This document shows, piece after piece, positions 27,201 to 37,028 of a stretch of DNA of 64,000 nucleotides. The notes below the pieces were generated by a model. That model had not been told where the DNA came from, did not search any database, and saw only the letters and a program-made list of their open reading frames with translations. The first letter of the stretch is position 1. Each line of letters starts with the position of its first letter. The DNA is from a virus. Its lineage: Duplodnaviria > Caudoviricetes. The stretch covers positions 1 to 64,000 of the IMG/VR virus record IMGVR_UViG_3300029305_003259. One strand, given 5' to 3'. The translations under genes were made by a program, and so were the position numbers.

Positions 27201-27448
27201 AATGTTAAATATTTGGAGTAAATATGAGACGTATTAAGCGTGAATCTGGAAAAGATTCATTTGAGCTGATACCGGAAAAAGTAGGCAAATTACATGATGA
27301 CCGTGCTTATACTTATGTAATGTTGGCACACTGGCTTCATGAAAAAAGAATGTCCAATATTAGAATTCGTAAGAAGCCAAATAATGAAAATCTGGTTGGT
27401 ATGTTTACAATGACGAAGGCAAAACAGCCTAATAAAATGTTCGGATAG
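24243..27448 (+). CDS. terL: large terminase subunit, spliced join(24243..26068,27217..27448), 685 aa
   Basis: SRAFGKS Walker A, IFDE Walker B, DPARSRDNS, DAGSGG; HDDR in exon 2; junction reads KEEL-VNMRR in frame. Confidence 0.85.
26069..27216 (+). mobile_element. group I intron in terminase
   Basis: P1 with U26068-G26078; ATTTAC pairs with exon-2 GTAAAT (P10); core GTTCAACGACTA and AAGATATAGTCT (P7); terminal G. Confidence 0.88.
26467..27201 (+). CDS. intron-encoded GIY-YIG homing endonuclease with NUMOD3-like repeats
   Basis: GIYCI...YIGQS...RW..H; repeated SxETRxKIS. Confidence 0.92.
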   Translation: MCGIYCIENIVNNKRYIGQSVDIEQRWDRHKRSLNGGYHHNSHLQRAWDFYGEDNFKFYVLDECEHDKLNELESYYITLYDSMNEAFGYNLESGGSAKKYVSDITRKRMSESAKGKRLSQETRLKISKSVTGHKPGTFTQESLKRISDFNKGKIIPEKTRHKISETLKGIKRSEETLKKRKENNPMNVAVYCIELDIVFNTISDAAKHTNTQRSNIQKCLKGERKTAGRHPETDERLHWEKVEK

Positions 27449-27467
27449 AAAGGATGGTGAAATACTG

Positions 27468-28976
27468 ATGCCTAATGAAAAAACAACTCAAGAAAGAATT
27501 GAATATTTAGAAAAGCAAGAAAATTCACGTGCTGTTTACGCACAGCTCAAGGATATTTTGCAATTAATTAATCTTGAAACCACAAAGAGCGTTACTTCCA
27601 CTACTTATAACAAGGAAAATTTGAGGCAGTATTTACAAGCTCCTTCTACTGAATCAAACCAGAAGAGTTTGCGCAAGTTATCAGATTTTCTATATAGTAT
27701 TTCTCAAACATATAGAAGAATGATTAATTATAAAGCAGAACAGATAACATGCCAGTCTTGGATTGCGTATCCTCTCATTAATTTGGTTGAAGACGTTGAT
27801 GTTGAATCTGCGAAGGAAGAGTATGAAAGAGTAACAAAGATTACGCATAATATGCATCTTGATTCTCAAATTTTAAAAGTAATGTTGCAAGCGTGGAAGC
27901 ATGATGTATTTTACGGTTTTGTTTATGGTGATCCAGAGACAGACGGAACATTCTATATACATCCATTAAACCCGGATTATTGCAGAATTTATAGTGCTTC
28001 ATATAATCAAGGATGTCTAGGTATTGCGTTTGACATGTCTTATTTTAGATCCTTTGCAGATGATTTAGAGTATTTTGATCCAATATTCCAAAAATTATAT
28101 AATCAATATTTAACAGATAATATAAGGTGGAAAGAACTTCCGATTGAGCGCACTTTGTGTATCAAGATTAATATTGATAATTTAGATTACCCAATTGTTC
28201 CATTCAGTGGCATTCTTGAAGATATTATTAATCTTGAGGATTTACAAGCCGTGCAGAGTGTTACTGATGAATTAAGTGCTTATAAAATGATTTGGGCAAA
28301 GATTCCTACCATATCTGGTTCTAAAGAGGTTGACGATTTTGCAATTGACTTAAATTTGGCCAATGATTTTTATAGAAAATTAATGGAATTGATTCCAGAT
28401 GGTGTTAATCTGGGATTGTCTCCAATGGATTTAAATACATTGGAATTTAAAGGAAATTCTGCTGCCGAGGATACCAATACTTTAAATAAGGCATACAGCC
28501 AGCTTATTGAGACTAACGGTTCTATTGTTCTTAACTCAAACAAGATTACAAATAGTGAAAGCTTTAAAAAGGCTATGCAGGTCGAATGCATAGATGCTAT
28601 GAAGCCCATTGTCCAAATTAATGCTTGGGTTAATTTGTATTTGAAAATGAATTATAATGTTGAGAATTGGGTAGTGGAATATAGCGATGTATCTCCTTAT
28701 TTTGTCGAAGAAAAAATTAAGACATTAAAGGAAGCTGGCCAATATGGCTTGCCAGTGAAGCTTACATATGCCTCTTTATTAAATATTAACCCTGTTAAGG
28801 AAAGAGGCATGTCGTTTGTTGAAAATATGCTCGGCCTTGGTTCTACGGATTGGATTCATCCTTTGGTTAGTTCTAATACACAAAGTAGTTTGGCTGAAGA
28901 ATCTACAGGCGGTGCTCCTACGAAGGACGGAGATGAACTGTCTGACGAGGGCGTAGCAACTAGAGATAAGCAGTAA
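27468..28976 (+). CDS. portal protein
   Basis: 502 aa directly after terminase; HPL.SS.TQS...GAP tail. Confidence 0.8.
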   Translation: MPNEKTTQERIEYLEKQENSRAVYAQLKDILQLINLETTKSVTSTTYNKENLRQYLQAPSTESNQKSLRKLSDFLYSISQTYRRMINYKAEQITCQSWIAYPLINLVEDVDVESAKEEYERVTKITHNMHLDSQILKVMLQAWKHDVFYGFVYGDPETDGTFYIHPLNPDYCRIYSASYNQGCLGIAFDMSYFRSFADDLEYFDPIFQKLYNQYLTDNIRWKELPIERTLCIKINIDNLDYPIVPFSGILEDIINLEDLQAVQSVTDELSAYKMIWAKIPTISGSKEVDDFAIDLNLANDFYRKLMELIPDGVNLGLSPMDLNTLEFKGNSAAEDTNTLNKAYSQLIETNGSIVLNSNKITNSESFKKAMQVECIDAMKPIVQINAWVNLYLKMNYNVENWVVEYSDVSPYFVEEKIKTLKEAGQYGLPVKLTYASLLNINPVKERGMSFVENMLGLGSTDWIHPLVSSNTQSSLAEESTGGAPTKDGDELSDEGVATRDKQ

Positions 28977-28987
28977 GGTGATTTTAT

Positions 28988-29161
28988 ATGAATAAAAAAT
29001 TTATTGTTGTATATGATAAGTCTGCCGCCAATAAGCTTATTGCCGCAGGCTTTGTTTTAGTGTCTCAAATTGGAGACTCTTATACCTTTATGAATAATCA
29101 GAAGAATTTTAATTTTGCTGATATTAGTAAGGTACATTATACAAATATTTTAAGCCTATAA
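28988..29161 (+). CDS. small protein (57 aa, not in ORF track)
   Basis: AAGGTG RBS; MNKKFIVVYDKSAANKLIAAGF. Confidence 0.7.
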   Translation: MNKKFIVVYDKSAANKLIAAGFVLVSQIGDSYTFMNNQKNFNFADISKVHYTNILSL

Positions 29162-29205
29162 TCTCCGCCAGGAGTTTATAAATTCTAATGAAAGGAGGAA
29201 GATGT

Positions 29206-30819
29206 ATGGGTAAAATGTTAACTCTTGATAATCTATATGAGTTTTTTGTACAGCAAGGAAAGAACTTTGACTTTCATGATAACAAAAGTCCAATTGTTGT
29301 TTCAGTTCCTGGAGTATTTGCTGCCAGTGAAGAAGAAATGCCAGGAATGTTGAAGTTAAAATTAAAAGTTTGCCATACTTTGTTGAATAGAAATGGTAGT
29401 TTTATTTCTCAGGAGAATATGGAAAAGGCCATGCCTACTTTAAAATATAGACCAATTTTAGCGTATATCCATGAATTGGAAGATGGTACTAAAGACTTCT
29501 ATGCTCATAATGTAGAAATTATTGAAAATGAAGATGGCGAAGAAGAAGTTATCTATCTTGAGAAGCAAGTTGGTTGTTTTACTGCAGACCAACCTTGGTT
29601 AGAGTATGATGAAGAAATGGATAAAACATATGTAAATGCATATGCGGTTATTCCAGAAGAATATACTGAAGCTGCCGATATTATTCGTAGAAAGAATGGA
29701 ACAAAAGTTTCATGTGAACTTGTTATTGATGAATTGTCTTATAATGCCAAAGAGAAATATTTGGATCTTACCGATTTCTATTTTGGTGCAACAACATTGC
29801 TTGGATCTGATGAACATGGAAATGAGATTGGCGAGGGCATGCTTGGCTCTAGAGCCGATATTACTGATTTCTTCCATAAAGAACCTGTATTTACTTATCA
29901 GGATAAATTGATTGAAGTTTTAGATAAGTTAAATATTACCTTATCTAACTTTAATATAAATCAATCTGAAGAGGAAGGAGGAAATGAAGAGATGAACAAG
30001 TTTGAGGAGCTTCTATCTCAATATGGCAAGACTGCAGAAGATATTACATTTGAAGTCGAAGGTCTTACCGATGAAGAGTTGGAAGCAAAATTCAAGGAAG
30101 CTTTCGAGGAAACAGAAGAGGTTGAAACTGAAGAAGTTGAGACCGAAGAAGTTGAAGTCGTTGCCGAGGAAGAGGAAACTGTAATTGAAAATTCTTCTGA
30201 TTCTGATGATGGTGACGAAGATCCTGTCGAAGATAAAAAGTTCGAGTTAAAGTATGAGTTAAGTCATGATGATATTAGAATGGCTTTATATGAATTGCTA
30301 AGTGCTCGTTCTGAGGATGGTTATTATTCTTGCTGGATTGTCTCTGTATATGACAATAAGTTTATCTATGAAGATTATAGCGAATATAAATTCTATAGAC
30401 AGGGTTATTCAAAAGATGGCGACGAGATTGCTTTTTCTGGCGAACCAGTAGAAGTATTTAACGAGTGGCTATCTAAGGACGAAAAGGATGCTCTTGACAC
30501 CTTAAAGGCCGATTATGTTGCTTTAAAGGAATTTAAGGAGAACTTTGAGTCTGATCAATTGAAGGCTCAGAAAGATGAGGTACTTGCTCGTGAGGAATAT
30601 GCCGAGCTATCCGAAACTGATGAGTTTAAAGAACTAGTATCTAATATGGATAAATACTCCGTAGAGGAGCTAGAAGTAAAGTGTGATCTATTATTTGCCG
30701 CACGTGCCAAGGCCAATTTTGCTGTAAATAATAAATCAAGCAAACCTGTCGCTATGAAGTTTAGCGTACAAACCGTAGATAAGATTTCTGAAAAGCCTTA
30801 CGGAAATCTTTTCGATTAA
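29206..30819 (+). CDS. prohead protease/scaffold (YonD-like)
   Basis: CH..LNRNGS, VSCEL, acidic coiled C-terminus; between portal and capsid genes. Confidence 0.7.
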   Translation: MGKMLTLDNLYEFFVQQGKNFDFHDNKSPIVVSVPGVFAASEEEMPGMLKLKLKVCHTLLNRNGSFISQENMEKAMPTLKYRPILAYIHELEDGTKDFYAHNVEIIENEDGEEEVIYLEKQVGCFTADQPWLEYDEEMDKTYVNAYAVIPEEYTEAADIIRRKNGTKVSCELVIDELSYNAKEKYLDLTDFYFGATTLLGSDEHGNEIGEGMLGSRADITDFFHKEPVFTYQDKLIEVLDKLNITLSNFNINQSEEEGGNEEMNKFEELLSQYGKTAEDITFEVEGLTDEELEAKFKEAFEETEEVETEEVETEEVEVVAEEEETVIENSSDSDDGDEDPVEDKKFELKYELSHDDIRMALYELLSARSEDGYYSCWIVSVYDNKFIYEDYSEYKFYRQGYSKDGDEIAFSGEPVEVFNEWLSKDEKDALDTLKADYVALKEFKENFESDQLKAQKDEVLAREEYAELSETDEFKELVSNMDKYSVEELEVKCDLLFAARAKANFAVNNKSSKPVAMKFSVQTVDKISEKPYGNLFD

Positions 30820-30860
30820 TATTAAAAAAAATAAATTAAAAATTATAGGAGGATTATATT

Positions 30861-31337
30861 ATGGCTCAGGATTTAATGAATAAGCACTGGGTTGCTGAGA
30901 TCTCTCGTGTCTCCGCAGTCTATGGCGATGGTCACATTCTATCTGGTGAGATGGACAAGGATCGTGACAATGGTGAACTAGTTGCTGTTGTTGATTACAA
31001 GGAAGGCGAGTATTACACTGTCGCTCCTTTCTCTGGTGATTTCAGCGCTAAGGTAATTGAGATTGTTCCTAAGAGCAATCAGACTATGGTACGTTTCGAG
31101 CTACAGGCCGATTGTGACGCTTACTTTGTACACAATCCCGAAACTATGCCCAACGATTTCCTAAAGATCTATCAGGAAGTATTTAACTATTACAACAAGG
31201 GTGGCGAGCGTGCTCGTATGTATCCTATGAAGAAGCACGATGTCTTCACTGTTTCTGTTGATGCTTTTGGCGGCGTTGAGCCCACTGTTGGTCAGACTGT
31301 TGCTTGGGCTGATGCAACTGGTTACTCTGCTACCTAA
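30861..31337 (+). CDS. capsid decoration/minor head protein
   Basis: upstream of the major capsid gene, same strong codon bias. Confidence 0.65.
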   Translation: MAQDLMNKHWVAEISRVSAVYGDGHILSGEMDKDRDNGELVAVVDYKEGEYYTVAPFSGDFSAKVIEIVPKSNQTMVRFELQADCDAYFVHNPETMPNDFLKIYQEVFNYYNKGGERARMYPMKKHDVFTVSVDAFGGVEPTVGQTVAWADATGYSAT

Positions 31338-31366
31338 TTGAGATTTTGAAAGGAGGAAATTGAATT

Positions 31367-32473
31367 ATGGCTAATTTTATGAGATTTAATAGCACCGTTC
31401 AGGCTGCTTTTGATAACAATTCCGAAAACTTTGCTAACTTCCAGAAGCTACTAGTTGATGCTGCTAACAAGGAAGTTAAAGAGTATTCTGCTAAGGACGC
31501 TAACGCTAAGATCGTTGAGAAGTTCCGTGCTGCTCTAGGTATCACTGCCGAGGATAAGCCCCAGCATGTTAAGCGTGCTATCCGCGCTAACCGTGAGTTA
31601 GTATTTACCATTATTGAAGAGACTATCGAGGAGGTTCTAATCTCCGGTTGGATGGAGAATCCTTTCTTCATGCAGTTCGTCGATAGCCGCAACCTCGCTC
31701 TAAATGATGAAAATGACTTCTATGTTGAGGACGATTCTATTCTAAGCGTTTCTAAGGTAAGCGGAAATCACCATAATCTCATCAGACAGCGTTTGGGAGC
31801 AGGTAGACACTTCTCCGTTGCTGGTGAGTGGTTTGGTATTAAAATTTATGCAGACTTCGAAAGAGTTCTACTAGGCGCTGAGGATTGGGCTGCTTTCGTA
31901 ACCAAGGTTACTGATGCTATTAACCGTTATCTATATGATGCTCTATATGCTGCTCTAAGAGGTGCTAAGGATAATCTAGGTTCTAACTGGGTTAAGAATG
32001 GTGCTCTAGAGACTGCTAACAAGGCCACTCTAGTAAAACTATGCCAGGATATCTCCATGGCTACTGGTTCTGAGGTTACCATCTTTGGTGCCCGTACCGC
32101 TCTATCTTCTCTAACTGCTATGGCTGATGTTAACTGGGCTCCTAACTCTGCTAAGGAAGAGTACTATGCCAACGGCGGCATCCTTGGCAACTTCGAGGGC
32201 TTCCAGATTGCTGAGATTGGTCAGGGTCTAAAGCGTGGAGCTTCTATCAACAGCGCTTCCGTAGAGTATCAGCTAGACACTGATAGACTATACATTATTC
32301 CTACCTCTATGGCCAACAAGTTCATCAAACTTGTCAACTATGGTGAGACTCAGGTTTCTCAGGTTACCGATAAGGAGACCAACAGAGATATGAGCCAAGA
32401 ATACGAAGTTCTATATAAGCTCGGCATTAATGTTATCCTAAACAGCGTATTTGGTGTCTGGGAAATCATCTAA
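31367..32473 (+). CDS. major capsid protein
   Basis: 368 aa, very strong codon bias, AAAGGAGG RBS, position in head cluster. Confidence 0.85.
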   Translation: MANFMRFNSTVQAAFDNNSENFANFQKLLVDAANKEVKEYSAKDANAKIVEKFRAALGITAEDKPQHVKRAIRANRELVFTIIEETIEEVLISGWMENPFFMQFVDSRNLALNDENDFYVEDDSILSVSKVSGNHHNLIRQRLGAGRHFSVAGEWFGIKIYADFERVLLGAEDWAAFVTKVTDAINRYLYDALYAALRGAKDNLGSNWVKNGALETANKATLVKLCQDISMATGSEVTIFGARTALSSLTAMADVNWAPNSAKEEYYANGGILGNFEGFQIAEIGQGLKRGASINSASVEYQLDTDRLYIIPTSMANKFIKLVNYGETQVSQVTDKETNRDMSQEYEVLYKLGINVILNSVFGVWEII

Positions 32474-32526
32474 TTCGAGTTTATATTTCGTATTTAATAT
32501 TTTAATTTAAAAAGGAGGTGTTTGCA

Positions 32527-33261
32527 GTGGATAAAGTTTGCGGAGTATATTGTATCGAAAATATGATTAATAATAAAAGATATATTGGTCAATCTGTAGA
32601 TATATATAAAAGGTGGAAACATCATAAAAATGAATTAAATAATGGAAAACATCATAATTATCATTTGCAATCGTCTTGGAATAGTTATGGTGAATCGTGT
32701 TTTAAATTTTATATTTTAGAGAATTGTGATATATCATTGTTAGATAATCGTGAAATATATTATATAAATTTTTATAATACGAAAAATTGTGATTATGGTT
32801 ATAATTTAAATGATGGAGGAAGCGGAAATCAAGCGCCATCTTATGAAATTCGGCGCAGAATGAGTGAAAATCATGCCGATGTTTCTGGAGAGAATAATCC
32901 TAATTATGGAAAACATATGTCAGAAGAAACTAAACGTAAAATGATTGCCAATCGAAATACATGCAAAGGCAAAGATCATCCTAATTATGGTAAGCCGCTT
33001 TCTAATGAAACCAAAGAAAAACTTAGTAAAATTAGAAAAGGCATGCATGCTGGTTCTAAGCATCCAAGATGCCGTTCCATATATTGCCCAGAACTTAATC
33101 GAATATTCTGGGGAGCTGCTGAAGTCGAAGAAATATATGGAATTGATAGGACATATATTTCAGCATGTCTATCTGGTAGACAGAAATCCGCTGGCAAACA
33201 CCCTGTAACTGGAGAAAAACTTCATTGGTTTGATGCTAATGAAATTAATCTAAATATTTAA
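32527..33261 (+). CDS. free-standing GIY-YIG homing endonuclease (NUMOD3)
   Basis: GVYCI...YIGQS; GENNPNYGKHMSEETK repeats; AT-rich. Confidence 0.9.
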   Translation: MDKVCGVYCIENMINNKRYIGQSVDIYKRWKHHKNELNNGKHHNYHLQSSWNSYGESCFKFYILENCDISLLDNREIYYINFYNTKNCDYGYNLNDGGSGNQAPSYEIRRRMSENHADVSGENNPNYGKHMSEETKRKMIANRNTCKGKDHPNYGKPLSNETKEKLSKIRKGMHAGSKHPRCRSIYCPELNRIFWGAAEVEEIYGIDRTYISACLSGRQKSAGKHPVTGEKLHWFDANEINLNI

Positions 33262-33296
33262 CAATACAAAATTAAAGGATAAAAGGAGAAAATAAA

Positions 33297-33833
33297 ATGG
33301 CTACAAAAAAGAATGTCCAAGAAGATATTATCGAAGAGATTGTTGAAGAAGTTGTCGAAAAACCTAAGAAGGTCAACAAGCCTAAGCACGATCCTAGCGA
33401 GCTAATTCTTTGTAGAAGTGTTCGTTTTGGTGAGCTAATTCTAATTGGCCCTAAGACTCGTATGCCTTATACTTGGGCCAATGAAGGAGATGTTAGAGAG
33501 GTTGAATACCAAGATCTGATGTCTTGGAGAGCACTACGTTCTAGATACCTATTTGAGCCAATGATTATCATTGAGGATGAAGATCTAGTAGAAGAGTGGA
33601 AGGCAGACCTTGGCAAGCTATATGATGAAGTTCAGTCCATTGACATTAAGGAAATGTTCAGACTACCTCATAGACAGTTTGTTGCACAGCTTAAGAAGTT
33701 GCCAACTGGAATGAAGACTACTGTTCAGAACATGGCATATACCATGATTCAGGATGGTACTTTGTACGACCTAAGAACGATTAAGGCAATCGATGAAATT
33801 CTTGGTACAGAGCTAATCATGATGATTGGATAA
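33297..33833 (+). CDS. head-associated hypothetical protein (YonA-like position)
   Basis: synteny, RBS. Confidence 0.55.
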   Translation: MATKKNVQEDIIEEIVEEVVEKPKKVNKPKHDPSELILCRSVRFGELILIGPKTRMPYTWANEGDVREVEYQDLMSWRALRSRYLFEPMIIIEDEDLVEEWKADLGKLYDEVQSIDIKEMFRLPHRQFVAQLKKLPTGMKTTVQNMAYTMIQDGTLYDLRTIKAIDEILGTELIMMIG

Positions 33834-33847
33834 GGAGGCTGACATAT

Positions 33848-34273
33848 ATGGCCACCTCTTATGAAACCATTTATGATAGAGCCACACGTAAATTAACTGA
33901 TTTTGATTTAGCGGCAATGTCAGATGTTGACTTGGAAGATACATTACATGGTTATCTTCTAAGCGCTATTGCGCAATTTAGAAGATGCAAGAATGACCTG
34001 TCGGATCGAGACGATGAACTAAGACAGTTTAATACAGATTTGTTAGATGTCGAGCAGGAAATTCTTTCCATTCTCGTGGCCAGAGCCTGGTTGCAACCGC
34101 AACTACAGTCGGTTCTACTTACACAACAAGTATTTTCTGATAAGGAACAGAAATTCTATGCTCAATCGAATCATTTATCTACATTAATAGAACTTGATGA
34201 GAAATTAAAGTTAGAGGCTCAAAAATTGAGTCGTGATTATACTTTCTCAAGCGGATCTTACTGGGAGGCATGA
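33848..34273 (+). CDS. head-tail adaptor
   Basis: MATSYETIYD...F..DL...E.EIL pattern; synteny. Confidence 0.65.
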   Translation: MATSYETIYDRATRKLTDFDLAAMSDVDLEDTLHGYLLSAIAQFRRCKNDLSDRDDELRQFNTDLLDVEQEILSILVARAWLQPQLQSVLLTQQVFSDKEQKFYAQSNHLSTLIELDEKLKLEAQKLSRDYTFSSGSYWEA

Positions 34274-34572
34274 TTATGAACCCATATAATGCCCCCAGTT
34301 CTTTAATTTCTGCACAAAAGCGTTATCTATATGGGGCCATTATTAGCTGTCTGTATCAGAAAGAGAATAATGACCCTTTTTTAGATGCGCATTTGCAGTC
34401 TATTATTAATCAAGTTAGTGGTTCTATTAAATTATTTAATTACCAGCCTGAAACTTTAACAATTATTGCTTGTTTAGAAAAAGCACGGGATAATGATGCA
34501 CAATTTCGTAAATCTATTCTTGATGCTGCAAATCTTGTAAATGTGTTAAAGGATGGTGATACTGATGCTTGA
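34270..34572 (+). CDS. hypothetical protein
   Basis: overlaps both neighbours. Confidence 0.6.
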   Translation: MIMNPYNAPSSLISAQKRYLYGAIISCLYQKENNDPFLDAHLQSIINQVSGSIKLFNYQPETLTIIACLEKARDNDAQFRKSILDAANLVNVLKDGDTDA

Positions 34573-35755
34573 TTTATTTAAAACTCGTATGTCGAATCAA
34601 GGTCAGATTCAGGCGAATGCATATTTGCAAAATGCAGATATTGCGATAGATAAAACATTTACTCGTGATCCTGCTTATAGAGAAGTTTATTTAACACATA
34701 TGCCAAGTGGTATTGAGTTGCAGAAGATGGATGCTAAATTCATTATTGATACTAGACGTTCATTGGCTAGTGACGAAGAGGTTTATAAACTTATGTTTAG
34801 GCCTCATGTTAAAGTGCCTCTTGGTTCTTATGTTGATATACCAGATGATGAAGGTAATTTGCAGAGATGGCTTATTATTCTTAATGACCATCAGCCGCAA
34901 TTCCATATGTATTATATCTTGAAGTGCAATTGGATATTGAAGTGGATTCATGAAGGAAAAGTGTATAAGTGTGAATGTGTACAAAGAACACAGTCATCGT
35001 ACAATAGCGGATTGTGGACTGACTACAACTTTACCAGTGTTGAGAACCAAACTATTATGTGGTTACCAACAACACCTTATACACAAACACTTAGTTATAA
35101 TCAACGTGTTCTTATCAATGATGAGGGCCGACATATTCCAATTGCATGGGAACTTTCCAAAGTTCTCGATACCATCCCAATTGGTATTACAAGACTTACT
35201 TTTAAGCAGGTTCAAGCCGACTTGCATACAGACTGCGGCAAATATGGCATAGCGAATTTCTGTAATAGCGGAGATTGTGCTAACTGCGCAATTGCCGAAC
35301 CTGTTTACATTGATGCAGGTCTCCAAATGCCGACTCCAGAACCACGCAAAGGACGCATTACATATAATGGCAAAGATTTAACTCTGCGTGTTGGCGGTAG
35401 CGCTAAAACTTTTACCGCAGAATATTGGGATGAGGAATTTATTCCATATAATGCATTTTGGACAATTTCTCTAGTAGATGGAGAAAATACATTATGTTCT
35501 ATCAATGCTCATTATGATGGCGTTTGGAATGTCGAGGCTGCTTCAAGTGGTTTTGACATGGATACAATAAATGGCGATGTTAGATGTTTTATTGAAAACA
35601 AAGATATTTTTAAGATTAAATTAATTGCATCTGGTGATTCAATGAAATTAAGCTGTGGCCAGTTGTATAGTATGGTAGGTAAGAATATTATTCTTGCTGC
35701 CAAAGATGAAAATGGGGAAAATGAAGCCGAAATTTCTGCGGAGGTGATTAGCTAA
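34565..35755 (+). CDS. head closure/neck protein
   Basis: WLI...ILKCNW.LKW pattern; synteny. Confidence 0.6.
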   Translation: MLDLFKTRMSNQGQIQANAYLQNADIAIDKTFTRDPAYREVYLTHMPSGIELQKMDAKFIIDTRRSLASDEEVYKLMFRPHVKVPLGSYVDIPDDEGNLQRWLIILNDHQPQFHMYYILKCNWILKWIHEGKVYKCECVQRTQSSYNSGLWTDYNFTSVENQTIMWLPTTPYTQTLSYNQRVLINDEGRHIPIAWELSKVLDTIPIGITRLTFKQVQADLHTDCGKYGIANFCNSGDCANCAIAEPVYIDAGLQMPTPEPRKGRITYNGKDLTLRVGGSAKTFTAEYWDEEFIPYNAFWTISLVDGENTLCSINAHYDGVWNVEAASSGFDMDTINGDVRCFIENKDIFKIKLIASGDSMKLSCGQLYSMVGKNIILAAKDENGENEAEISAEVIS

Positions 35756-36270
35756 TGGTTAGAGATATACAAACAATAGATGATGATATTTGTTCAATGA
35801 AGCGTCTGATTCGTCAGAAGCTAACATCTGATCCTGATATTATTGAAGTATTAAATAATCAACAGCTAGATCCTTCAAGTCCAGATGATTATTTAAATCA
35901 AAATATTTTTGCTTATATTCGTATTCCACAAGTCCAAGATATTGCAAGCAATTTTATTTGTTTCAGTGTGGATGATATGGAAGCAGACAGATATAATTCT
36001 GTAATGAAAACTCAATATGTGCAATTTGTCGTGTTTTGCCATGGTGACGATATTAAGACTCCATATGGCATTGAAAGACACGACTTGCTTGGGTACCTCA
36101 TAAGAGATATCTTTGGTCATTCAAACATGTTTGGCATGACCGCAAAACTTGTATATAATCGTGAAAGCACTACAGATACTAATTATTCATGCCGCACTCT
36201 CAAATTTGAACTTATTAGAACTAACTCTTTGACTAATAATGTAATTAAGAATAAGTATGAAAAATACTGA
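35755..36270 (+). CDS. tail terminator/completion protein
   Basis: synteny; RHDLL...I..IF. Confidence 0.55.
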   Translation: MVRDIQTIDDDICSMKRLIRQKLTSDPDIIEVLNNQQLDPSSPDDYLNQNIFAYIRIPQVQDIASNFICFSVDDMEADRYNSVMKTQYVQFVVFCHGDDIKTPYGIERHDLLGYLIRDIFGHSNMFGMTAKLVYNRESTTDTNYSCRTLKFELIRTNSLTNNVIKNKYEKY

Positions 36271-36997
36271 TTTAATGCATATTGAGCCCTTAGAATTATA
36301 TGTTGGGAATCCATATAGAATTAATGACCAGGTTATTTGCCTACAGCCAAAAATTGGGGACATTGTAGATTATGGAGAGTCTGCATATTTTTCAGTGGTT
36401 CATACGGTTTGCGCAACTCCTGCCGATATGAAGGTACGCCTTTTTGATGCTGGTATTAACTGGATGGAGATTGGAGCTTTTGAGCTATTCTGCATGATTG
36501 CCCCATCTTTACCAGTGGAGCAAACAAGCATACTTCTCGGAGACTTAGATTTGTCTGCTTTAAAGACATATCGAAACAAAGAGAATGGCGAAATTGTGTT
36601 GGCGAATCCAGAGCAAAAAGTTAAGATAGATAAGTTAATTTATGAGAGAATGGTAAATTGTTTTCGCAAGATGCATGGCCTTAAGGCCAATAATGAAAAG
36701 GCCCACAATAAAGCTACCATGCGTGCAATGATAGAAAATGATCGGCAAACCATGGAAGTCAATTCTAAGAAGGAGCCAAGCTCCTATTTATTGCCCTTGA
36801 TTTCTTCTGTTCGTTGCAAGATGGGATGGACGAAAGATTATATACTTCAGGAAGGCATTTATTCATTTTTTGATACCGTAAATAGGTTAAACGTTATTGA
36901 TAATGCCGACCATTTGGTGTCAGGTATATATGCTGGCACTATTGATTCCAAAAAGATTTCGAAGGAAAATCTGAATTGGATGCGTGAATTAAAATAA
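36257..36997 (+). CDS. tail-associated protein
   Basis: QPKIGDI...GIYAG.ID.KKI..LNW; upstream of tail tube gene. Confidence 0.55.
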   Translation: MKNTDLMHIEPLELYVGNPYRINDQVICLQPKIGDIVDYGESAYFSVVHTVCATPADMKVRLFDAGINWMEIGAFELFCMIAPSLPVEQTSILLGDLDLSALKTYRNKENGEIVLANPEQKVKIDKLIYERMVNCFRKMHGLKANNEKAHNKATMRAMIENDRQTMEVNSKKEPSSYLLPLISSVRCKMGWTKDYILQEGIYSFFDTVNRLNVIDNADHLVSGIYAGTIDSKKISKENLNWMRELK

Positions 36998-37028
36998 TTA
37001 TAATAAATTTATTAGGAGGAAAATATTT

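Noticed and set aside
32474-33296. Second intron around the capsid-adjacent GIY-YIG gene
   Set aside because: The capsid gene ends normally and the short flanks have no room for a group I core.
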